DNA of 32,000 bases from Wallemia ichthyophaga EXF-994 (GCF_000400465.1 NW_008806277.1:1-32000), one strand, 5' to 3'; shown: positions 21,846 through 29,768, counted from the first letter of the stretch. Numbers and translations: made by a program. The notes: a model not told the origin generated them from the letters alone.

Positions 21846-23190
21846 CTACTTATCATCAGGGAGGGCATTAATACCAGTTCTAGATTGTGGTCTCGACACT
21901 GGTGGGCTTCCACTTGGAGTTGCTGAAGGTGACTGAGCAGGTGAAAGGACACCGACAGCTTGCATGAATCTCTCAGAGTGTGAAGATCTCCTAACCATAG
22001 GTCTTGCCATTTCAGGCATCGAAGGTAAACCCATCAATCTGTCTGCCATGTCTGCAGCGGTTGCACCTTGGTAGAGAAGATCGTATACAGCTTCAGCGAT
22101 TGGTGCTGACATCTCTATCCTGCCGAGCAATTCATGCACAGCATCGGCTGTGAACACACCCTCAGCAGTTGATCCGAGTGTTTCTAAGATATGGTCCAAT
22201 TTTTCACCCTCACCCAATCTCTTACCGACGGTGAAATTACGTGAGCTTTCAGATGAGCACGTCAGGAAGAGATCACCGACACCGGCCAGTGAGAGGAAAG
22301 TGAGTGGATCGGCGTTAAATGCAGTACCAATTTTTTGCATCTCTGCGCTAGCTCTGGTGACCAAGCCTGCTCTTGTGTTTTGTTGGAAACCTAATCCTGA
22401 TGCCACACCTGATGCTATGGCGTATACGTTCTTCAACGCACCAGCCAACTCGACACCGACAGGATCAGTGGATGAGAAGGTGAGGAAGTGTCCTTGGTGG
22501 AACACTTCACAAGCCTGTTCAGCGTGTTGTGCAGAGAAGGAAGCGATGGTTACTTGTGTTGGCATTCTCTGCACAATCTCCTTGGCAAATGAAGGTCCAG
22601 ATAAGAAAGTAGCAACTTTGGCAATATCCTTACCACACTCTCTTTCAATAATTTCAATTGGGAGGAAACAGCTACCTGACTCTATACCCTTATTGGCGAA
22701 TACGAGCAGAGGGGCTTTATCCTTCTTGGCTTCGAACAAAGGTATCAAGTTTTTCAGGACTGATGACATGGATTGTGATGGGATTGCCATGACAATGACG
22801 TTGTATAGAAGGAGATCTTCAAATGAAGGGAATTCAGGTCCGACAGCTTTCAGGTTCTTTGAGAATATGTGGTCGGTGAGATACTGTGAGTGTTTCAAAT
22901 GAGAAATCTATCGTGTAGGTAGAACGGGTGATACACACCTTTGGATTCTTGCGGTGAGTATTGAAAGACTCAACTACATCAGCGTTACGCGCCCAGATTC
23001 TAGTTTGGTGACCGATATCGGCCAAGTGGTCAGCTAAACAGCTACCGAAGGAGCCGGAGCCGAGAACGAGAACTCTCTTGTATCCAACGGAAGGAATGGA
23101 TAGTTTGCGCTTGAATGAAGATGATCTTGAGAGTGAAGGCTTCTCGTCACCGCCAACAGGTGTCATTGATTGAAGTGGTTCGAATGGCAT
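21846..23190 (-). CDS. GPD: NAD(P)-dependent glycerol-3-phosphate dehydrogenase, GpsA-like. Exons 23190-22939 and 22883-21846
   Basis: Rossmann VLGSGSFG; a 55-nt intron joins NPK and YL; NKGIE, LSGPSFAKEI, GVELAGALKNVYAIASG, GDLFLTCSS.SSRNFTVG and TAEGV. Confidence 0.95.
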
Positions 23191-23646
23191 CTTTGATTAT
23201 TTAATGGGAGTTGAATTGGCTATACTACTACTTACAATTTCAGTTTATCGTCTGCGTGGGATTAAATTGTGTTGATCAGTTGATTGTCTACTTACAACGG
23301 ATCCAAGTGCTGTACTTGTTAAATAAATTGTTCAAATCCTTTAAGTATTTCGCTTACAGTTTTTAAATAAAGCTCAAGTAATTGTCAATATTCAAGAGAA
23401 TTTAACGTTGGAACCCAAGCGACGCGATGATGTCACGATCAAAAGAGGTACCAAATACGTTTTTGGAAATCGCTGAAGATATTTGATTGATAAAGATATA
23501 GTTGATCTCCGCGCATTGACAGATACAGTTCCGAACGCCTCCGAGAAGCTTTTTGTGTGATTCTAATTGGAGGTGTTCATCGGGATTACTCGGTAATATT
23601 CGTATTACGCAATAGATAACTCACGCATTATCACCAAATAACTTAT

Positions 23647-25878
23647 TCAAAGTAGTATATTACACAATTCGGGTTCGTAGTCTGTTGAATTTGGTAAAAC
23701 ATTCAGTGGTATCTGGCATTGAATCAGCTCTTCCTTCCCTTTTCCATCCCCGCCTCCTAATCTATCCTGCGACCTGAACGAGTTGGGTATGTGATCCACG
23801 TTGACAAGGTGATTTACACTTTTCGCGCAAAATCCATTACCGAGATTGAGATTAGTAGTAGATGGGGAAGATGGCGTTGATGTTGAGCTTGAGGATGTGA
23901 ATGGAGTGCGTGGCATAGGCTGAAGAATTGGCGTGGGTAGTGGGGATGAATCGAGGCTGCCTATTGATGGTCTGGGTGAGAGTGCTTGCGGGTCCTCCAC
24001 AATTACTGGTATTATTACTAAAAATGACAGCTTGATAATCCACTTTACTTCAACTGAATTTTGGTCATGTGTTAGATACTTTTATTGTAACTTGTCTTCC
24101 TACTTACAGATAGATGTCTTGAAATCTGATGATTGGTGTGAAGGTACATCAAGCGAAAAACCTATTTCGGACAAGTCGATTGCGAGAGGTTGATGAAATT
24201 CTGAATGTACTTTACGCGTAGCGTTTATCGTATGCTTTTGATTGAGGTTTGCATAATTCTCATTCGCAATTTCGTGACTTTCCAGTGTAGCTGATAACTG
24301 TTGTAAAATTAGCACATAATACCACAAACTTGAAGACAAACCGACCTTCAAAACCTTACCGCACATAGTATTGGGTTTATTTATTGATATCTTACCCAAC
24401 ACACTCTCACCCAATCTAAATGTAGACTTGACTATGGAGAGAATAGCGATATTGAGATCATCCTTGGTGATTTCGTAGGTGACCTTCTGTGAGTTCCTCG
24501 AACTAATTCCTATTGCTGTACGACATTGCTCACTGACCCTGGTGCCAATATCTGCATTTTCAAAAGGACCGTCGTATCCGGACGAATTAGTTGAACTACT
24601 CCTTTGCATTGAGTCGTAAGTTGTTAAATAAAGCTTTTGTGCGTATTTGTAAGCCTTTTCGAAGCAGCTGTTTGAGGGTGTGTTTGATGGTGGGGTGTTT
24701 GTTGGGGTATTTGCTTTGACTACCTGCTTGTCAGCACCACTGCCATAACCAACGTCACCACCCTTCACTATCGCTTCTTCGTTGATTTCCATTATAGGTT
24801 TGAGGACATCAAACCTCCTGCTTTCCTCATCAATTGTGACATTTGGGAGTACTTTTATTGGTATTTTGATAACGCGAGCATTTCCATTTTGTTTATTAGT
24901 ACCTACAACAAACTCGTAGGTTATTTTACCAATTTTGCCGTGATAGCTGGGTGGTAAAGTTATCGGCAGAGTGTGTTGAAAAGTGATTGTGGTGTCTTGG
25001 TTAGGTGAAAGCACTTTATCAACAACCAAGACAGATCTCCTAGTTTCCCAAATCGATAGTGTTGTGTTGGAGGTGTCGTTTGAGTTTGACGAGTTGTTGA
25101 GGTGGTTGAACCAGTTCGTGAGGCTGAAATTGAACAGTGTACTGCTGCGTTTGTGGGGATTTGCTTTTACATCGTCCAGGACACCTCCACCGAGTACATT
25201 TGACGATCTGCGGTTAGTCATGGTGCTCCTCTTTATCAGCGAGCGATTGAGCTCAATTTTGCCACAAAGTTGAGCAGTCGCCCATAGAATCTTCTCGTGG
25301 TTCGGAAGTAGGGGTGTTTTGAGGTTGCGATTCAGTTTATGATAGGTTGAGTTATCCTGCATGGTAGAAGATGTGGGAGTGGGAGTGGAAAGGTTTGAAG
25401 CTTTGCGCGTGTGGGGATGCCTCCAAGGGAGGTTTGGAGAGCGTGTGGGTGATTGTGTGGAGTTAATTGACAATGAAGAAGGTGAAGAGGAAGAAGAGGG
25501 TGGTGAGGGTGAGGACAGCGTCTCAGCAGATGAGAATCGCTTTGAGAGGTCAATTGATTGTACTTGTCTGTTGTGTCGTAAAGTAGAAGGCCTGCCTTTA
25601 CCAATACCAACGTCATTCTGAGGTACAGGATCAGAATTCTTACCAACGAGACCACATCTTGATGGAGGTTGTTTGAGTTGTGCCTGCTGTGCGCGTGTGT
25701 TACTCAGTACACCGCCATTGTTATGATTCGTGGATACGGACAGAGACCTTTGATGTGCGTGTGGAGATGGAATTGTTGATTGTGGCTGAGAATTTATAAA
25801 TTTAAGCGTGAATGTTATCTTATCGCCTGCAAAGTAGTAGTATTTATCAGATTTAATTTCAACGCGTAATCCATCCAT
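23647..25878 (-). CDS. RGP1: Rgp1-family protein (arrestin-like fold; Ric1-Rgp1 Rab6/Ypt6 GEF subunit). Introns 24345-24298 and 24107-24054
   Basis: YFAGDKITFTLKF, LWATAQLCG, LPITLPPSYHGK...ITYEFVVG, STFRLGESVLG, DFKTSIFEVKWIIKLSF and IQCQIPLNVLPN. Family assignment is from recall. Confidence 0.82.
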
Positions 25879-26094
25879 TAGTAGGTATTTATATATATCG
25901 CTATAATCCTGTGTTTTTGCAAAATACGGCTATCAAATAATATACTTGAAATTTTAAGCTTATTATTTACGTACTTGTTGGTGAGTGGTGCAGGGGTGCC
26001 GGTGCAGATCGTATTTCATAATAAATTACAAAATTGTTTAAAATTGTTTCGTTAAATCCAGAGTCATTGAGGGTGTTGTAGTAATATATACCAC

Positions 26095-26484
26095 CTACTG
26101 ACGCCCCGCCGCCTTTCTGAACTCCTCTTTGTATTCGTTTAATGAAGAATCCTTGTTTGAGAGCCTGTCTGCCCAAGTCTGTGAAGCAAACTTACGTTCG
26201 CCCTTGGTGGAATCAGCTTTCGACATGAAGAAGAATCCTGCGACGACGACGATTGAGCCGATAATTCCTGCGAGCTGTGGAGTGTTAGTGCGGTACTTAC
26301 GAACCTTAATCCCTTAAGAAAACCCACCGGATAAAGTGATGGGTCACGCTTTGCGAACTTGTTGAAAGTCTTCGCCGTATCACGAGCGCTCTTTTGTGGC
26401 TGATTGTTTGTACCTGGTGGCTGGTGTGGGTGTGAGCGGTAAATATCGTATAGTTATACCAATTCCCACCTGTGGCGATGACAT
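26095..26484 (-). CDS. 95-aa single-pass mitochondrial protein, NDUFA4/COXFA4 (B12D/MLRQ)-like. Exons 26484-26470, 26420-26328, 26274-26095; absent from the ORF track
   Basis: Two GTGGG..CTCAC/CTAAC..CAG introns (49 and 53 nt) give MSSPQPPGTNNQPQKSARDTAKTFNKFAKRDPSLYPLAGIIGSIVVVAGFFFMSKADSTKGERKFASQTWADRLSNKDSSLNEYKEEFRKAAGRQ*. AKRDPSLYPL followed by a TM helix resembles NDUFA4 AKKHPSLIPL plus TM. Confidence 0.72.
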
Positions 26485-26646
26485 TATTGGTAGTGTGGAA
26501 TCAAGAAGTAGTTGTAGCCAATTTAAGTTTATATTTTGTAGTTATTTACGGTAAAATTTAAATCCATCCATTCATCATTCAGTCTTTACTCTATTCTTCT
26601 AACTACCCTGCTTCTCTGCGTGTTGCCACCCATTCTTGTGGATTTC

Positions 26647-26654
26647 TGACGTCA
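26647..26654. promoter_or_regulatory. Perfect palindromic CRE/ATF site TGACGTCA in the divergent promoter of the NDUFA4-like gene and CMC2
   Basis: The sequence ttcTGACGTCAtcc lies in the 296-bp divergent spacer. Function is untested. Confidence 0.4.
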
Positions 26655-26780
26655 TCCCGGAAAACTCAATTGGCGCCGACTTACCTTAAATAAACTTTTT
26701 GTTCGTATAGGGATCATCAGACTCTGCCCCTGAATCACCTAGCTATCGCTCACTCTCAAGTTTCAACCACCAACAACTGA

Positions 26781-27063
26781 ATGCATCCACATCTGTACAC
26801 AGACGACAAGCAAGCAGGTGAGCTGGTCAATGCACATGGCAATCGATTCACTTAAATTAAAATAAGCTTGCGGTGATGTTATTCGCCAGTTACAAGAGTG
26901 CAGAGACAAAGGTTGGTTGAATAGGCTGAGCGGGGCATGCAATCCCATCGACAAGGCGCTTGGAAAGTGCTTGCGGGAAGAGAGGATCGATAGGACGCGT
27001 AGAAATCTGGAAAAGTCAAAAGAGCGCAACAGGAAGAAGCAAGAGGCGTGGAGTAGCTTGTAG
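26781..27063 (+). CDS. CMC2: COX assembly twin-CX9C protein Cmc2, 77 aa. Exons 26781-26817 and 26867-27063; absent from the ORF track
   Basis: MHPHLYTDDKQAACGDVIRQLQECRDKGWLNRLSGACNPIDKALGKCLREERIDRTRRNLEKSKERNRKKQEAWSSL*. MHPHL start, two CX9C motifs and a 49-nt intron. Confidence 0.92.
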
Positions 27064-27073
27064 AAGACACCAT

Positions 27074-27874
27074 TTATAAGTGCAGAATGACGACTCTGTT
27101 GATTCTGTCGTTAAATGGGTCTTCTATAAGCTCCACATTGGCTACACCACTCTGCTTGGCCAGCTTTACCACCAATTGAGCCTGATTATAACCAACTTCC
27201 ATCCAAACTTGTTTGTTAAACGCATCCTTGAGTAAATAGATCATTCTCTTATAAAACACCAGTCCGTATTCATCTCCCCCAGCGAGTAGTGCATCTTTAT
27301 CCTCCCAATCCCGGACTTCTGAGTGCAGTGTCTTGTAATCGCGTTGAGTAATGTAAGGTGGATTGATAGTAATAACATTGTAGCTGCTGAGGTCTATAGA
27401 TTCACTGAGAATGTCCATCTGCTTCACCTCGAACCTCTCGAGCTGCTCCTTGGTGAGATTGTTACGTGCGTTGATTGTAGCTAGCTTGCACGCCTTGGGT
27501 GAGCTGTCCACTACCACGACGCTATCGCAGTGCAGCTCCTTAGCAATACTCACACCAATGCACCCACTCCCTGTACACAGATCTAGCACTCTAAGCTGTC
27601 TATTATCACAAAATCGCGCGATTAGTTTGTCTACCCAGAATTCTGTCTCCTGGCGTGGAATAAGCGTTGGTGGAATACACTGAATCACTGCACTATTGAA
27701 TGGCTGGTTGCCTATAACGAATTGCAGCGGTTTCCCCGATAGTCGCTGTCCCAGTTTGAATACAGCCTCTTTGCCACTCCTACAGCTCTGTCTAACCCAT
27801 CTAATCTCATTGTACGCGTCTGCGCTGCCAAAGCTATCCACCATTCTCCGCGTTACAGTTAGCCGCCTTCTCAT
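27074..27874 (-). CDS. MTQ1: HemK/PrmC release-factor glutamine N5-methyltransferase, probably mitochondrial
   Basis: PLQFVIGNQPF, LIPRQETE, SAM-binding VLDLCTGSGCIG, NPPY, and an Arg-rich N-terminus MRRRLTVTRR. Confidence 0.9.
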   Translation of the reverse strand: MRRRLTVTRRMVDSFGSADAYNEIRWVRQSCRSGKEAVFKLGQRLSGKPLQFVIGNQPFNSAVIQCIPPTLIPRQETEFWVDKLIARFCDNRQLRVLDLCTGSGCIGVSIAKELHCDSVVVVDSSPKACKLATINARNNLTKEQLERFEVKQMDILSESIDLSSYNVITINPPYITQRDYKTLHSEVRDWEDKDALLAGGDEYGLVFYKRMIYLLKDAFNKQVWMEVGYNQAQLVVKLAKQSGVANVELIEDPFNDRINRVVILHL

Positions 27875-27929
27875 TGGTTGGTTGTTGTACCGGTACTGTC
27901 ACCACTGCCATTACCAACACACCAACACC

Positions 27930-29108
27930 ATGAGAATCACGCCTTCCCAGCTCAAGAACGCCTCCCCCACCGCCGTCGTTATGATGAACATGGGTGGTCC
28001 CGCCACACTCGACAACGTTCACTCATTCCTCTCAAACCTCTTCCACGATAAGGATCTAATCCCGCTGCCATTCCAATCAATTCTCGCCCCTAGAATCGCC
28101 AATAGACGTACACCCAAGATAAAGCAGCAGTACAAAGAAATCGGCGGCGGCTCACCCATCCTCCATTGGACACAGCGTCAGGGCGATGAAATGGTGAAGC
28201 TGCTGGACGAGCTCTCTCCTGCTACAGCCCCGCATAAGCCCTACATCGCATTCAGATATGTCGATCCTCTCACAAAAGACACGCTCGCGCAAATGAAACA
28301 CGATGGCGTCACTCGCGCTGTAGCGTTCACGCAATACCCCCAATACTCGTGCAGCACCACTGGGAGCAGTTTGAATGAGCTCTATCGCCAGATTCATGCG
28401 CTGGGCATAGACAAGGATATAAACTGGTCCATTATTGACAGATGGCCCAACCACCCACTCCTAGTTGAAGCTTTTGCGGAGAATGTCGCCAAGTCTTTGC
28501 GTAAGTATGCTCCTGAAGAACGTGGCAAAATCCCCATTCTCTTCTCTGCTCACTCGCTTCCGATGAGTGTGGTGAACAGGGGAGATCCGTATCCAGCAGA
28601 GGTAGCGTCTACGGTGCAAGCGGTAGTTAGTCGACTGCCTGGCCTCACTGGCCATACCAACCCACACCGACTCACCTGGCAGTCCCAAGTCGGGCCATCC
28701 GCCTGGCTCGGCCAGCAGACCTCCGATGCTATACAAGGTCTGCGCCGTCTCGGCTACACAAAGGCCCTCGTCGTCCCTATTGCTTTTACATCTGACCATA
28801 TTGAGACGCTGTACGAACTAGATCTCGAGTGCGTCGAGGAGGCTCGCGAGATCGGTCTCCAACTCGACCGCGTGGACAGCCTGAATGATAGCCCTGCTTT
28901 CGTGCGCGCTATCGCCGACCTCGCCGCTGAGCATCTGGGTAGTGTCTATCAGAATAAAGTGACAGACATCAGCCATACTGGTTACGTCGGCGGTTGGGTC
29001 CCGGGTCACCCTACCTCCACTCAATTCGCTCTCAGGTGTCCAGGATGCACCAATGATGTCTGCCTCAAACAGAAAAATTTCTTCAATCGCGGTAGTAGTG
29101 TTATATAG
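27930..29108 (+). CDS. HEM15: Ferrochelatase (protoheme ferro-lyase), intronless
   Basis: MMNMGGP, YKEIGGGSP, AFRYVDP, QYPQYSCSTTGSS, LFSAHSLP, WQSQVGP, FTSDHIETLYELD and C-terminal RCPGCTNDVC. ATG in ACCAACACC-ATG context. Confidence 0.96.
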   Translation: MRITPSQLKNASPTAVVMMNMGGPATLDNVHSFLSNLFHDKDLIPLPFQSILAPRIANRRTPKIKQQYKEIGGGSPILHWTQRQGDEMVKLLDELSPATAPHKPYIAFRYVDPLTKDTLAQMKHDGVTRAVAFTQYPQYSCSTTGSSLNELYRQIHALGIDKDINWSIIDRWPNHPLLVEAFAENVAKSLRKYAPEERGKIPILFSAHSLPMSVVNRGDPYPAEVASTVQAVVSRLPGLTGHTNPHRLTWQSQVGPSAWLGQQTSDAIQGLRRLGYTKALVVPIAFTSDHIETLYELDLECVEEAREIGLQLDRVDSLNDSPAFVRAIADLAAEHLGSVYQNKVTDISHTGYVGGWVPGHPTSTQFALRCPGCTNDVCLKQKNFFNRGSSVI

Positions 29109-29219
29109 ATATTTCCTTCCTTCTTTTCATGAAATCTGCTTATACCTTGTGCGCTCAAGTTAAAATTGTTTTGCAAAGTATTTTGATATATAGAAATCAT
29201 AGTATGTAGTCAAAAGCTT

Positions 29220-29640
29220 TACAAATATTGATAATCTTCGCCTATCCATACTTCTTGTACATTGATAGCTAACGATTTTAGTGACTCAAAGGGATGCGGT
29301 TCTTGGCATGTGTGCCGTAAGTTGGGAGGTAACTACGTGGAGCTACCGAAGGCGCGCGGGTGGGTGTTGAGCTGGTTTTTGAAGAACTCGTAAAGGGTTT
29401 GTAGAGAGTGTGAGTTTCTGAGTAATGAACCTAATCCGAACTGAATATTTATCTTGGTAATTTTTCTTCATAATGTGATTTTGGCCATTATATGTCTTTT
29501 ATATATGAAAATTCTATGTGAGATGGTGTCCTCTGTGCCACAAGCATTGCATTGAGGTGAAGCAATCAATATGAAAACGTACAATGACTTGATTTTATGA
29601 ATATTTGCGTACACCTTTTGCGTTTCAATTGTATATATTT
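29220..29640 (-). mobile_element. Possible degenerate 3' remnant of a non-LTR (LINE-like) retroelement; boundaries approximate
   Basis: A minus-strand frame at about 29560-29516 reads SPQCNACGTEDTISHRIF, resembling the C-terminal C-x2-C-x7-H zinc knuckle of LINE ORF2 with the last Cys lost. Downstream frames are interrupted by stops. No RT core seen. Confidence 0.35.
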
Positions 29641-29670
29641 TTAAGCTGCAAAGGAATTCTCAGTTCAAAA

Positions 29671-29685
29671 TAACTCAACGGGAGT
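29671..29685 (+). promoter_or_regulatory. A-box-like element / D-arm relic in the leader of the permuted tRNA
   Basis: TAACTCAACGG (29671-29681) compared with the tRNA's own A box TGGCTCAATGG. ACTC-AACGG-GAGT forms a 4-bp hairpin. It lies 37 nt upstream of G53 of the B box. Confidence 0.6.
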
Positions 29686-29692
29686 AGCTGAT

Positions 29693-29768
29693 ATCGAAAG
29701 GTTGCAGGTTCGAGCCCTGCGTCGGTCACCACGGCCGGCTGGCTCAATGGTAGAGTATTCGACTACGG
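29693..29768 (+). tRNA. tRNA-Arg(ACG): Circularly permuted tRNA-Arg, anticodon ACG (29765-29767). 3' half 29693-29728, linker CCAC 29729-29732, 5' half 29733-29768; junction at canonical position 37/38
   Basis: Acceptor GGCCGGC/GTCGGTC (5 Watson-Crick + 2 G-U) with A73. D arm GCTC-AATGGTA-GAGT. Anticodon stem TTCGA/TCGAA (5 WC) with loop CT-ACG-G|A. Variable region AGGTT. T arm GCAGG-TTCGAGC-CCTGC. T8, A14, G18G19 and A15:T48 are all in place. Confidence 0.9.

Noticed and set aside
22150-22902. 250-aa plus-strand ORF
   Set aside because: It is entirely antisense to GPD, has no ATG of its own in good context and no recognisable motif. The same applies to most other short nested ORFs in the track (for example 2486-2866, 6367-6789, 10557-11096, 12688-13089, 25361-25621).
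23428-23435. CRE-like TGATGTCA in the GPD upstream region
   Set aside because: A one-mismatch 8-mer is expected by chance, and no supporting evidence is available from sequence alone.
21338-27874. Functional pairing of TRM112 with the nearby HemK-family methyltransferase
   Set aside because: Trm112 activates Mtq2 (the eRF1 methylase). The enzyme here has the PrmC/Mtq1 architecture (N-terminal domain, LIPRxETE) and lies about 5 kb away.
29345-29362. HPRAFG on the minus strand resembling ribosomal protein S29 (HPRKFG)
   Set aside because: It is followed by a stop, and the CxxC zinc ligands of S29 are absent.
29664-29728. Reading the upstream segment as a complete conventional tRNA, with the downstream half as a truncated second gene
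   Set aside because: The upstream 5' sequence (TTCAAAA...GCTGAT) cannot pair with the acceptor strand GTCGGTC or the anticodon strand TCGAA, and it has no anticodon loop. The downstream 5' half is followed directly by T7 with no T arm. Only the permuted pairing gives a cloverleaf.
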